A stretch of DNA of 56,109 nt from IMG/VR virus record IMGVR_UViG_3300037420_000316, positions 1 through 56,109 of that record. One strand, given 5' to 3'. Shown here in pieces: positions 8,221-18,098 of this stretch. The notes beneath the pieces were generated by a model, which had not been told where the DNA came from, ran no database searches, and saw nothing but the letters and a program-made list of their open reading frames with translations. The stretch's first letter is position 1. Each line of letters starts with the position of its first letter. The DNA comes from a virus (lineage: Duplodnaviria > Caudoviricetes). The translations under genes were made by a program, and so were the position numbers.

Positions 8221-9390
8221 GTGGCTACCGTAGAGCACTACGTCGTCAAGCCGCAGAAGATCGTGGACCTCGCCACGGGCATGGTGGAGCAGGAGCTCAC
8301 CATCCCGAACCTCTTCCAGAAGGAGGGCGTGGACGACTTCAAGGGCACCGAGAACGACACCTACAACGTCAAGGTCGAGGGAACGCTTCCGTTCCACGAC
8401 TACGAGTTCCGCTCGGGTTCTGCGACCTCGAGCACCCCTGGCGTCCGACAGGCCGTCCAGTTCGACCTGTACGAGGAGCGGACCTACCCGGTCAAGTTCC
8501 AGGGTCGCGTGTTCAACGGCGTTGCCGTCACCGACGAGCAGGCCGACTTCGACCTCGACCGCTGGGGCAAGTTCCTCAAGCCGCAGGTCAAGGCCATCGC
8601 CCGCGGTCTGCACCGTCGCGCCGTCAACACCCTGACCGGCCAGAGCTACCCCGTCGTCATCGGTGACGCGGCTGCGAACCTCCGCGGCGCGCTGATCGAG
8701 GCGCGTCGGGTCCTCAACAAGTTCAACGTCCCGTCCGAGGGCCGCTACCTGGTCGTCGGCACCGACGTTGAGTCGCTCATCCTCGTGGACGAGAACCTCA
8801 CCCTGACCGCTGCGGTCACCGAGAGCCGCGCCGAGAGCGCGCTCGCCGAGGCCAGCATCGGTCGCCTGATGGGCTTCAACGTCATCGTGGACCAGACGAT
8901 CCCGGCTGACGAGGCGTACGCCTTCGCCAGCAACGGCTTCATCTTCCTCAACGCGGCCCCCTCGCTGCCGGCCTCCAAGGCGGGTGACGGTGCCACGCAG
9001 TCCTTCGAGGGCGTCTCCGTGCGCTGGATGCAGGACTACGACACCGACCACTTCACCGACCGCTCCGTCATGGACACCTACTGCGGCTTCCGCGACGTGG
9101 TGGACGTGCTGGTCGGCTGGGCCGGTGCGAAGGAGCGCGAGGTCGTCTCGGGCTACGAGCACTTCGTCAAGGGCATCAAGCTCAAGCTCGACGGCGCGTC
9201 GACCTACCCGACCCTCCCGGTCGGCTGGGCTGACACCACGGCCAAGTGGGACAGCATCCTCACCGAGAACAAGTCCTTCATCGACAAGACGAAGGTCTCG
9301 CAGAGCGAGGAGCTGGCGCTCATCACGGGCGTCACGGGTCCGGGCGCTCACCTCGCCGGCACCCCGACCGGCACCGTCGTCAACGACTGA
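8221..9390 (+). CDS. Major capsid protein
   Basis: 389 aa after scaffold; VTDEQADFD, ARRVLNKFNVPSEGRYLVVG, GRLMGFNVI. Confidence 0.88.
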   Translation: MATVEHYVVKPQKIVDLATGMVEQELTIPNLFQKEGVDDFKGTENDTYNVKVEGTLPFHDYEFRSGSATSSTPGVRQAVQFDLYEERTYPVKFQGRVFNGVAVTDEQADFDLDRWGKFLKPQVKAIARGLHRRAVNTLTGQSYPVVIGDAAANLRGALIEARRVLNKFNVPSEGRYLVVGTDVESLILVDENLTLTAAVTESRAESALAEASIGRLMGFNVIVDQTIPADEAYAFASNGFIFLNAAPSLPASKAGDGATQSFEGVSVRWMQDYDTDHFTDRSVMDTYCGFRDVVDVLVGWAGAKEREVVSGYEHFVKGIKLKLDGASTYPTLPVGWADTTAKWDSILTENKSFIDKTKVSQSEELALITGVTGPGAHLAGTPTGTVVND

Positions 9391-9404
9391 GCCACTGGCT
9401 AACT

Positions 9405-9439
9405 GAGAGGTGGGGTCGTTTCGTGCGGCCCCACCTCTC
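9405..9439 (+). terminator. GC-rich stem-loop after capsid gene
   Basis: GAGAGGTGGGGTCG/CGGCCCCACCTCTC inverted repeat; no U tract. Confidence 0.55.
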
Positions 9440-9457
9440 CCCCATTAGGAGGTACCA

Positions 9458-9943
9458 ATGGCAGACACCATTGCCACCGTCGATGAGCTTCAGGCTCGAC
9501 TCGACTGGACCCTGGACGATGGGGAGCGCGGTGTTGCTCAGGGAGCGCTCGATGACCTGAGTGAAGACGCTCGGTACTACGGCGCGACGACGTGGGACAG
9601 CGTGACCGCACCACGGCAGATCAAGAGCCTCGTGCTCCGAGCCGCGGCCCGCTACATGCGCAACCCGGATGGCTACGTCCAGAGCCGTGCCGGTGACGAG
9701 ACCCTCATGTGGACCGACAAGGGCGACCAGCTCGGCAACGCCCAGTTCAACGTCCAGGAGCAGAAGATGCTCGCGACCATCGCTGGTCGCACCACGAGCG
9801 GCCTGTACTCCGTGCCGATCACGGCATGGGGCACGCGCCCTCAGCCGCAGGAGATCTCGGTCCCCGCTGACGGCTCCATGTTCGCCGGGACGCCCCAGTC
9901 GATCCCGTTCTACGGGGAGAACGACCCCTTCGGGCCGTACTGA
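9458..9943 (+). CDS. Head-to-tail adaptor
   Basis: Synteny; ATVDELQARL, AARYMRNPDGYVQSRAGDET. Confidence 0.8.
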   Translation: MADTIATVDELQARLDWTLDDGERGVAQGALDDLSEDARYYGATTWDSVTAPRQIKSLVLRAAARYMRNPDGYVQSRAGDETLMWTDKGDQLGNAQFNVQEQKMLATIAGRTTSGLYSVPITAWGTRPQPQEISVPADGSMFAGTPQSIPFYGENDPFGPY

Positions 9944-10281
9944 TGGCGTCGGTACAGCGCAGGCGGGGCATCCCCGTCAAGATCTACCCGACCGTCGTGC
10001 AGACGGACAACCGCGGCAACCGCATCGAGATGCCCGACCTCGACAACCCCATCGAGACCACCGCTGCGTGGATTCCCCAGCGGTCTGCTCGAGCCGAGGT
10101 CGTCGGCGAGGTCGGGATCAACGTCGTTCGGATCATCGTCAGGCACGAGCTCCCGAACGTCGACCTCTGGTCGTACGTCGAGGCGCATGGCCGCATGTGG
10201 GACGTGGTGACACCTCCCTCGTACCACCACGGCACCCGGCACAGCCGGCACTGGTCGATGGACCTGAGAGAGAGGCCCTGA
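9943..10281 (+). CDS. Head-to-tail stopper
   Basis: Synteny; DNRGN, WDVVTPP..HHGTRHSRHW. Confidence 0.75.
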   Translation: MASVQRRRGIPVKIYPTVVQTDNRGNRIEMPDLDNPIETTAAWIPQRSARAEVVGEVGINVVRIIVRHELPNVDLWSYVEAHGRMWDVVTPPSYHHGTRHSRHWSMDLRERP

Positions 10282-10622
10282 TGGCTTCCTTCGAGTGGAA
10301 GATGAAGCTGTCCCCGCAGAACTCGAAGTTCAAGGGGCAGTACACCAACGGCTACGTCGAGTACGAGGTCGCTGCGGCCACGAAGACGCAGGCCGCGCTC
10401 GACCGCGTTGCTCGAGGCATCGAGGGGCGAGCCAAGGCGAACCTCCAGAGGCACCACAAGACGGGTGCCTCCCACATCGAGCTCTACCGCGGCTCCATCG
10501 ACCGCTTCATCGCGCTCGAGGACGACGATCCGAAGAGCCCTGCCGCGGCGATGATCGAGATTGAGACCGGAGCACTGACCGAAGCGGCCAAGCTGCCCCG
10601 GATGAAGAAGAGGGGGACCTGA
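10281..10622 (+). CDS. Neck/tail completion protein
   Basis: TGATG-coupled on both sides; synteny; AAMIEIETG motif. Confidence 0.65.
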   Translation: MASFEWKMKLSPQNSKFKGQYTNGYVEYEVAAATKTQAALDRVARGIEGRAKANLQRHHKTGASHIELYRGSIDRFIALEDDDPKSPAAAMIEIETGALTEAAKLPRMKKRGT

Positions 10623-11110
10623 TGTCCACCCTCCCCGACAGCGTTCTCAATCTGGTCGAGATGAGCCCGGTCGAAGACCTGCTCCTCGGCCTCATCCCCT
10701 CCAAGCTCGGCGGCGTCCCCGTCAAGACGAAGATCGAGCCGAACTCGACCTTCCCCTTCGTGTTCGTTCGCTCGAACGGCTCTTGGGGCACATGGTCCGG
10801 TGACGAACGCTTCCTCGACGCAGCGCACGTGTTTGTCGAGACCTTCTGTGACGGACTGAACTCGGACGAGGACGCTGCGAATCTCGCAGAGGCCGTCCGA
10901 GTGATCCTTCGCGACTCCAAGAACGTCGTGGTTCCCCACCGCGGCCACATCACGGAGTGCGAGATGGTCAGTCGACCACGACGCACTTCTGACTGGGCTA
11001 CCTCTACCGGCCCCGTCCAGTACGCCGACCTCCCTACCAACGTCAGTCGGTGGGAAGCGGAGTACCACGTCATCATCAGGAAGCCAACCGCCAAGCCGTT
11101 TGCTCCCTGA
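10622..11110 (+). CDS. Tail terminator
   Basis: Precedes major tail gene; DWATSTGPVQYADLP. Confidence 0.78.
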   Translation: MSTLPDSVLNLVEMSPVEDLLLGLIPSKLGGVPVKTKIEPNSTFPFVFVRSNGSWGTWSGDERFLDAAHVFVETFCDGLNSDEDAANLAEAVRVILRDSKNVVVPHRGHITECEMVSRPRRTSDWATSTGPVQYADLPTNVSRWEAEYHVIIRKPTAKPFAP

Positions 11111-11158
11111 CACTCCATCTCACACACCGCCCCAGGTGTGTAACTGAAAGGAATAGAG

Positions 11159-11716
11159 TTGGCGCTCAACGACAACGCTGCTCTCGTCGTCGGGACTGGC
11201 AAGTTCTACACGGCGGTCTACAGCTCGAGCTCCCCGGTCGCCCTGCCGGCTGACCTGTCCGCGCCGGGGGTGAGCTGGACCGAGATCGGTCACACCTCCC
11301 TCGAGGACATCTTCTCCATCGCCTCCGAGGGTGGCGACTCCACGACCATCGGGACGCTCCAGAACAAGGCCCTGCGGACGAGCCACGCTGCTCGCACCGA
11401 GACCTTCAACATCACCCTCCAGCAGTTCGACACCGAGAGCCTCAAGCTCTACTACGGCTCGAACGCGACCGTTGGCACCAACGGCGAGGTCCAGATCCCG
11501 ACGAACCCGACCCCCACGGTCGTCACGTTCCTCGCGGTCTTCAAGGACGGCACGAACGAGTTCGGGATCTACGCGCCCAAGGCCGAGATCTTCCGGGCCG
11601 ACGACCTGTCCATCGGCGACACCGAGTCGCTCGCGGGTCTCCCGCTCTCGGTCAAGCCGCTGGTCCACGGCACCAACGGCTGGTCCTACGCGGTCACGCC
11701 CATCGGTGATGTCTGA
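11159..11716 (+). CDS. Major tail protein
   Basis: MALNDNAALVVGTG, WTEIGHTS, GTLQNKALRT, LQQFD..SLKLYYG. Confidence 0.88.
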   Translation: MALNDNAALVVGTGKFYTAVYSSSSPVALPADLSAPGVSWTEIGHTSLEDIFSIASEGGDSTTIGTLQNKALRTSHAARTETFNITLQQFDTESLKLYYGSNATVGTNGEVQIPTNPTPTVVTFLAVFKDGTNEFGIYAPKAEIFRADDLSIGDTESLAGLPLSVKPLVHGTNGWSYAVTPIGDV

Positions 11717-11739
11717 GCCGGTGTGTAACTGAGTGATCT

Positions 11740-11777
11740 ACCCCTCCCCCTGTGATGCGGACTCCAGGGGGAGGGGT
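11740..11777 (+). terminator. 13-bp stem-loop after major tail gene
   Basis: ACCCCTCCCCCTG/CAGGGGGAGGGGT. Confidence 0.6.
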
Positions 11778-11816
11778 TCCCAGTGTTTCAAAGTGAAACA
11801 CCCAAGTCCGCATTCC

Positions 11817-11890
11817 GCTCCCTTAGCTCAGTTGGTTAGAGCACCCGCCTCTTAAGCGGATTGTCACTGGTTCGAGTCCAGTAGGGAGTA
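11817..11890 (+). tRNA. tRNA-Lys(CTT)
   Basis: Acceptor GCTCCCT/AGGGAGT, D arm GCTC-AGTTGGTTA-GAGC, loop CT-CTT-AA, T arm ACTGG-TTCGAGT-CCAGT, A73. Confidence 0.93.
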
Positions 11891-11939
11891 CGGCGATTCC
11901 GCCATTCCATAAACCCTTAGACAAGGAGTCCGCAAACTC

Positions 11940-12281
11940 ATGGCTACTTTCACTCTCGATGACATCCGCGCCGCCGCCGACAAGAAGTACGGCAGCACCG
12001 ACATTCCGCTCGGTGACGGCTCGGTCGTCAAGCTCGTGAACCCCCTTCGCCTGCCGAAGGACAAGCGCGACACGCTCTCCGGTATCGGTGAGCGCATGGA
12101 GGTCGAGGGTGTCGACCAGGCCGACGTTCTGGCCGACGCGCTCCGGGCTGCGGCTGCGTCCGCGACCGAGGTCGAGAAGCTGATCTCCGAGATCGGCGGC
12201 GACCTGGCCGTCCTGGTGACGCTGTTCGAGCACTACACGAACGGTGTCCAGGCGGGGGAAGCCTCGGCCTCGCAGGACTGA
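11940..12281 (+). CDS. Tail assembly chaperone (short form)
   Basis: FTLDDIRAAADKKY, LVNPLRLPK; between major tail and tape measure genes. Confidence 0.88.
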   Translation: MATFTLDDIRAAADKKYGSTDIPLGDGSVVKLVNPLRLPKDKRDTLSGIGERMEVEGVDQADVLADALRAAAASATEVEKLISEIGGDLAVLVTLFEHYTNGVQAGEASASQD

Positions 12282-12646
12282 TCGACAAGTACGGAGAGGG
12301 GCTGTACCCCGACCTTCTGTTCTACTACGGCGTTGACCTAGTGGACGTGATTGAGGGTCGTGGTCCAGCCCCTCTCTTTGTGCTTCAGCTCATCCAGAGG
12401 CTCCCAGACACATCGCTCACCACCGCATTGGCGTCGGGTGGTGCAGAGCACTTCGGATGGGGTCAGGACCGTCACATGGTCGCTGATCTCTTCGACGCCC
12501 TCTCGTGGAACACCCGCGTCACATGGGGGCCGAAGGCTCCCAAGATTCCGGGTTACCCACGCCCCAAGTCCGAAGACCCCGAGGCGAAGAAGAAGCCGAA
12601 GACGGTCAAGGACCTGTTCAAGAAGTTCACCGCAGGCAAGCACTAA
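11940..12646 (+). CDS. Tail assembly chaperone, -1 frameshifted long form
   Basis: Slippery GGGGGAA at 12254-12260; -1 frame reads GSLGLAGLIDKYGEGLYPDL... to TAA 12646. Confidence 0.85.
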
Positions 12647-12661
12647 CGAAGGAGGTGAAAC

Positions 12662-15600
12662 GTGGCAGATGACAACGTTGTTGCATCAGTAAAGATCCAG
12701 GTCCTTCCTGACACCTCGCGGTTTGCGAAGACGCTCTCCAAGAAGGTCAAGGCGGCTATCAAGGAGGTCGAGAAGAAGGCTCCCGGCCTGAAGATCAAGG
12801 CCGAGTTCGACGGCGACAAGCTCGCCGAGGAGACGAAGGCCGCGGTCAAGAAGGCTCAGAAGGAAGCCGGGTCCATCCACATCAGCGTGGACCTCGACCG
12901 CACGCACGAGATCGAGGCCGCTCTCGCTCGACTGAAGAAGGAACTCGACACGATCACTCGTGATCCGGTGGAGTTCGATGTCGAGCTGAACGAGGACTCC
13001 CTCCGCGAGGCCATCGCGGCTCTCGAGGACGAGAAGCTCCGACACATCCGCGCCGAGATCGAGCTCGACAACTCCAAGTTCGGCGAACTCCGCGAGCGTG
13101 CCGAAGCGGCCCTCGCCGGCATCAAGCTGAACCCGAAGCTCGATGAGAGCGCGACGACCAAGGTCCGTGACGATCTGGTCAAGATGTTCGAGCGCATGGA
13201 CGCCATCAAGGTCGAGCTCGAGGGCGAGCTCACTGACCGAGCGAAGTACGAGCTCGAGTCGGAGTTCAACAACCTCGACCTCAAGATCAAGGCCGAGCTC
13301 GACAACATCAGCGCGGCGAAGGTCGAGGCCGAGGCCGAGGCGCTCGCTCGTGATCGACGGATCGAGTTCGAGGCCGTCCTGAAGTCGAACGCGGCATCCG
13401 TGCTGGCGAAGCTGACCGGCTTCCGGCTCGGCTTCTCGATGTTCCAGCACTTCGCAGACTTCCTCAGCAACATCGACAAGAAGGTGCCGATCATCGGCTC
13501 GATGGCTCTCGCCATCGCCGGTCTGGCCGGTGCTTCTATCGCAGCAGCAGGCGACATCTTCTCCCTGTCACGCGCCCTCGCTCAGATCGGGCCAGGGGCA
13601 CTCGCCCTGCCGGGTCTGTTCGGCGGCATCGCAGTTGGCCTAGCGGCCACCGCGGTCGTGATGAAGGACTTCAACAAGGAGTTCTCGAACCTGGCAATCG
13701 GGTACGGGCGCAACCTTAAGGCCGGCGCGGCTTGGGCTCAGCTCCAGGACCGCATGTCCGAGGTCTTCTGGGAGCAGGTCCACGGCCCCATGCAGGACCT
13801 CATCTCGACCATCTTCCCGAAGATCCAGAGCGGCCTCATGGGCACGTCCCGTGCGCTCGCGGACTTCTTCGGTGGACTGTCGAAGTCGCTCACCCAGGAA
13901 CTCAAGGGTGACGCGCTGAACCGCATGTTCGACTCCCTCAACGAGTCGATCCGCAACTTCGCCAAGCACACGGACTCCATCGCCAGCCTCATCCGAATCT
14001 TCGGTGAGCTCGGCACCCGGCAGCTCCCGGCGCTGGCCGACTGGTTCGGCAAGGTCCTCGACAAGTTCAACCGCTTCATGAAGGCCGCGGAGAAGGCCGG
14101 CGACCTCGATCGCTGGGTCGCTACCGCAGTCGACCGCATCCAGGAGCTCGGACGAGTTCTCGCCGCCACCGGCAAGATCTTCTACGGGCTCGCGAAGGCT
14201 GCTGACGCCGCGGACGGCAAGACGGGCAACGCGCTCGACTCGCTGGCCGATGGCCTCGAGCGGGTCTCCGACTTCATCAACTCCTCCGGTGTTCAGAAGC
14301 GTCTGACCGACGTGTTCTCGGCTGCCCACGAGATGATGGACCGGATCTCCGACAAGGCTGGGCCGGCGTTCACGAAGTACTGGGACACCACGTCCAAGAC
14401 GCTGCTGAAGCTCCTGCCTCGTGCGGGCGACGCCATCGGCGACTTCTTCGGTTCGCTGTTCGACTTCCTCGGTGACCCCGCCCTCCAGAAGGGCCAGCTC
14501 AACCTCTTCGACGGCCTCGCCAAGGGCATGGAGAACATCCGCCCGGTCATGGGCGACATCGCTGCGAAGAGCGGCGAGATGCTCACCATCATCGGCGACC
14601 TGGCCGAACTCTTCGGCGAGGTCTTCGCCTCGAAGATCCACCTCCTCATGCCGATCATGACCGCCTTCCTCAAGGTGGTCGATCTGATCGTCAAGGGCCT
14701 GCTCCTTGTCCCCGGCCCCGTCTGGCAGGTCGTCGCCGCCTTCGTCGCACTGAAGAAGGCTCAGTCGATCTGGATGACCTTCGGTCCCCAGCTCACGAGC
14801 ACGTTCGCCGGAATGCGCGGCGGCTTCGCTCAGGTCCGCTCGGACATCGGCCTCGTCGCCTCCTCCATGATGACGGCGGGAGCGACCACGGAGCGCGAGG
14901 CGACTCGCATGAAGGGCGCGATGGAGCGCCTGCGACTGACCTCTGCCAACCTGAAGGGGGCCATCTCGACCCTTGCTGGCGTCGGTGGTCTGCTGCTCCT
15001 GTCGAAGGGCTTCTCGGAGACCAACGACAAGGCCAAGGGCTTCAGCACGACGCTCGAGAAGACCCTCGGAGGTGCCCTCACGGGCCTCGCCGTGGGTGGT
15101 CCTGTCGGCGCTGCCGTTGGTGCCGTTGCTGGCCTTGGAGGCGCGTTCCACGACCTCCAGCTCGGCTTCGCCAAGCTCTTCGGCGTCGAGGACGACTTCA
15201 TCACGAAGACCTACGACTCCAAGAAGGTTGTCGACAAGTACCGCGAGAGCGTTCAGACCCTCAAGGACACGCTGGACAGCCTCACTGGCTCGATCACGGC
15301 GAACACCCGAACCCAGGCCCTCGCTGACTTCAAGAAGGCGTACGGCGATGTCAACACCGTGCTCCACCAGCTCGGAGTCACTGACCGGCAGATCGCCTCT
15401 GCTGTCACGGGCGACAAGGGTGCCTACCGCCAGATCATCGCCATCGCGCAGCGAGCCGGCATCCAGCTCCCCATCCCCCTCCACAACATCGAGGACGCGC
15501 TCGGTGACATCGGTCTCCGCACGGACACCGCGGTCAAGAAGATGCGCAACCAGATCAAGGTGGGCCAGGACCTCTCGGCCCTGTACGGGAAGCTGCCTCG

Positions 15601-17200
15601 CAGGATCGTCAGCAAGATCGAGCAGACCGGCATCCAGCCCACGCTCAGGGGCGTCGCCAAGGTCGCGGCCAAGTACGACACCATCGACAAGCGTCAGGTC
15701 AAGGCGCTCATCAAGGCGTCGGGCACTGACTTCACCGTCAAGCAGGTCCAGCAGGTCATCCGCACCCTCCAGGAGACCACCCGGACGAAGGGTGATGTCA
15801 AGAACTGGCACAAGGGCGTCAAGAACGATCTCGACCAGACCGTCAATGACAGCAAGAAGGGCGCGAAGCTCGTCACGAACGCGCTGACCCAGCCCCTCGA
15901 GCAGGTTCGCCCCGACCTCCACAACTACCTCACCGGCCTGAACCAGGGCACGACTACGGCGAAGGGCATCGCTGGTCGAGGTGGTACCGACACTGGTCGC
16001 TACATGGTGGCCGGCCTTATCCAGGCAACCGCTGCTGGTGGTGGTCCGCTGGCTGCGGTCGCTGCCGGGATCATCAACCGGGCCATCGCCTCCATGCGTC
16101 ACGCGGCGAAGATCCACTCGCCCTCGCGAGAGACCATCGCCATCGGTCAGTACATGGGTGAAGGTCTTGTGATCGGCCTCGGTCGATACAAGAACAAGCT
16201 CTATGGCACTGCCGTGACCCTGGTCAAGATGCTCACGAAGGGGCTGTCCTCCAAGGAGGGTGACGCCTTCAAGCATCGGGTCGACACGATCATGAGCCTG
16301 ATCCCGAAGGACCTCTCTGACGAGAAGCGCAAGAGCCTCCAGAAGGCCCTCGCTCCCGACCAGAAGGACCTCCAGAAGGCGCTCGGTCAGTGGCAGTCCG
16401 TCGTCAACAAGATCAAGGCCAAGATCAAGTCGATCTACCAGGGCGCGGACCAGCTCAAGCAGCAGGTCCTCAACTCGGTGATCGCGCTGAGCGACCCGAC
16501 TCGGCTCGAGGCTGACGAGAACGGCGTGGTCTCCTTCGACGCCATCACGGCGAACATGAAGGCCGCTGTCGACAAGGCCAAGCGGTTCGCCGCGGTGCTG
16601 AAGCAGCTCAGGAAGCTGGGGCTGAACAACGACACCTTCATGCAGCTCGTGAACGCTGGCCCCGAGGCCGCGCTCGCTTCTGCGGAGGCGATTGCTCAGG
16701 CCGGTCAGTCGGGCGTTGACGCGCTCAACGACCAGCAGGCCGAGCTCGATAAGTACGCGAAGAAGGCGGCGAAGATCGCCCGACAGCAGTACATCGACAA
16801 CGGCATGGCGATGGCCGAGGGAATGCTCAAGGGCCTGCGCGACAAGCGCAAGGAGCTCGAGAAGGAGATGAAGTCGCTGGCTGAGGCGATGGTCAAGACC
16901 ATCAAGAAGCAGCTCGGCATCCACTCCCCCTCGCGGGTCTTCCGCAAGCTCGGCAACTACACCGGCGATGGCTTCGTGCGGGGTGTCACGGACATGCACA
17001 AGCAGGCGGAATCCGCCATGACGAAGCTCGTCCGCTTCACGCCCAAGCAGATCGGCAACTTCGCCGGCACCGAGCAGTCCTACGGACCGCAGTCGGTCTC
17101 CAACCGCACCGTCAACTACTACGCCGCACCCGGCCAGACCCTCGACTCCGAGGAGGCCCTGTTCGCGGCCCTGACTCGAGCAAGGAGTAATGGCTTCTAA
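12662..17200 (+). CDS. Tape measure protein
   Basis: 1512 aa, Ala/Gly/Leu-rich, two IHSPSR motifs, follows chaperones. Confidence 0.95.
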   Translation: MADDNVVASVKIQVLPDTSRFAKTLSKKVKAAIKEVEKKAPGLKIKAEFDGDKLAEETKAAVKKAQKEAGSIHISVDLDRTHEIEAALARLKKELDTITRDPVEFDVELNEDSLREAIAALEDEKLRHIRAEIELDNSKFGELRERAEAALAGIKLNPKLDESATTKVRDDLVKMFERMDAIKVELEGELTDRAKYELESEFNNLDLKIKAELDNISAAKVEAEAEALARDRRIEFEAVLKSNAASVLAKLTGFRLGFSMFQHFADFLSNIDKKVPIIGSMALAIAGLAGASIAAAGDIFSLSRALAQIGPGALALPGLFGGIAVGLAATAVVMKDFNKEFSNLAIGYGRNLKAGAAWAQLQDRMSEVFWEQVHGPMQDLISTIFPKIQSGLMGTSRALADFFGGLSKSLTQELKGDALNRMFDSLNESIRNFAKHTDSIASLIRIFGELGTRQLPALADWFGKVLDKFNRFMKAAEKAGDLDRWVATAVDRIQELGRVLAATGKIFYGLAKAADAADGKTGNALDSLADGLERVSDFINSSGVQKRLTDVFSAAHEMMDRISDKAGPAFTKYWDTTSKTLLKLLPRAGDAIGDFFGSLFDFLGDPALQKGQLNLFDGLAKGMENIRPVMGDIAAKSGEMLTIIGDLAELFGEVFASKIHLLMPIMTAFLKVVDLIVKGLLLVPGPVWQVVAAFVALKKAQSIWMTFGPQLTSTFAGMRGGFAQVRSDIGLVASSMMTAGATTEREATRMKGAMERLRLTSANLKGAISTLAGVGGLLLLSKGFSETNDKAKGFSTTLEKTLGGALTGLAVGGPVGAAVGAVAGLGGAFHDLQLGFAKLFGVEDDFITKTYDSKKVVDKYRESVQTLKDTLDSLTGSITANTRTQALADFKKAYGDVNTVLHQLGVTDRQIASAVTGDKGAYRQIIAIAQRAGIQLPIPLHNIEDALGDIGLRTDTAVKKMRNQIKVGQDLSALYGKLPRRIVSKIEQTGIQPTLRGVAKVAAKYDTIDKRQVKALIKASGTDFTVKQVQQVIRTLQETTRTKGDVKNWHKGVKNDLDQTVNDSKKGAKLVTNALTQPLEQVRPDLHNYLTGLNQGTTTAKGIAGRGGTDTGRYMVAGLIQATAAGGGPLAAVAAGIINRAIASMRHAAKIHSPSRETIAIGQYMGEGLVIGLGRYKNKLYGTAVTLVKMLTKGLSSKEGDAFKHRVDTIMSLIPKDLSDEKRKSLQKALAPDQKDLQKALGQWQSVVNKIKAKIKSIYQGADQLKQQVLNSVIALSDPTRLEADENGVVSFDAITANMKAAVDKAKRFAAVLKQLRKLGLNNDTFMQLVNAGPEAALASAEAIAQAGQSGVDALNDQQAELDKYAKKAAKIARQQYIDNGMAMAEGMLKGLRDKRKELEKEMKSLAEAMVKTIKKQLGIHSPSRVFRKLGNYTGDGFVRGVTDMHKQAESAMTKLVRFTPKQIGNFAGTEQSYGPQSVSNRTVNYYAAPGQTLDSEEALFAALTRARSNGF

Positions 17201-18087
17201 TGGCAGATGGTGACCTCTGGCTGATCTCAGCCGCAGGCAACACCATCGACCTGAACGGTCAGGTTTACAACTCTGTCGGAGTGCAGGCCCAGCCCGGTCT
17301 TACCGGGTTCGGCCTGCCTCCGGTGGAGGTGCAGTACCAGACCGGAGCAGGCGATGGTGCAACCTTCCGCGGGCAGCGACTGACTGTTCGCGACATCGAC
17401 CTTCCCCTCAACATCAAGGGCAATTCACGCTCCGACCTCCGCACTCGTGTCAACGAGCTCGCAATCGCCCTCTCTGGCGAGTGCAGGCTCCAGTGGGACG
17501 ACGGCTCCCAGCTCTGGGAGGCGAAGGTTCGCCGCGTTGGTGGTGGCGAGTACATCTACGGCCAGGACATCGACGGACGGCCCGAGCTCAACCTCACGAT
17601 CACTCTCCGCGCCGCCTCGCCCTACTGGATCAGCGCGACCTCGGTCTCCAAGATCCGTTCGGGAGCGGGCACCACGGGTGCGTTCTCGATTAGCAGTGCC
17701 GACCTCGGCAACACCTCGTCTTACCCGGTGGTCAAGATCAGCGGCCCCACGCTGGGCTTCAAGCTCCGTCGCAAGTCCACTGACACCACGGGCATCGTCT
17801 ACACCGGCTTCGTGGGGCAGGGCACGACGATCACCGTCGACATGGCCGCTGGAACCGTCGTAAACCAGAACGGCGAGAACATGTACTGGAACCTGGGTCC
17901 GAATCCGCGGTTCTTCGACATCGACATCCAGGACCCCGCGCTCTACGTCGAGATCGACGTGAGCTCCTCCGCGTACACGACAGCGGTCTCCCAGCACGAG
18001 ACGAACTTCGTCACCAACCCCGCCTTCAACAGCACGAGCGGGTGGACCTTCGCGGGCGACTACAACGACACGACCACGCAGAGCTAA
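17200..18087 (+). CDS. Minor tail protein (distal tail/Dit-like), N-terminal part
   Basis: First gene after tape measure; GFGLPPVEV..GAGDGATFRG..RDIDLP. Confidence 0.78.
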   Translation: MADGDLWLISAAGNTIDLNGQVYNSVGVQAQPGLTGFGLPPVEVQYQTGAGDGATFRGQRLTVRDIDLPLNIKGNSRSDLRTRVNELAIALSGECRLQWDDGSQLWEAKVRRVGGGEYIYGQDIDGRPELNLTITLRAASPYWISATSVSKIRSGAGTTGAFSISSADLGNTSSYPVVKISGPTLGFKLRRKSTDTTGIVYTGFVGQGTTITVDMAAGTVVNQNGENMYWNLGPNPRFFDIDIQDPALYVEIDVSSSAYTTAVSQHETNFVTNPAFNSTSGWTFAGDYNDTTTQS

Positions 18088-18098
18088 GGAGGCTACTG

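Noticed and set aside
13640-16999. Long antisense ORFs such as 1119 aa here, 971-2620, 3111-4811, 7504-9351, 36567-38210 and 45448-47481
   Set aside because: They mirror well-supported genes on the other strand, lack motifs, and are expected from GC-rich codon bias
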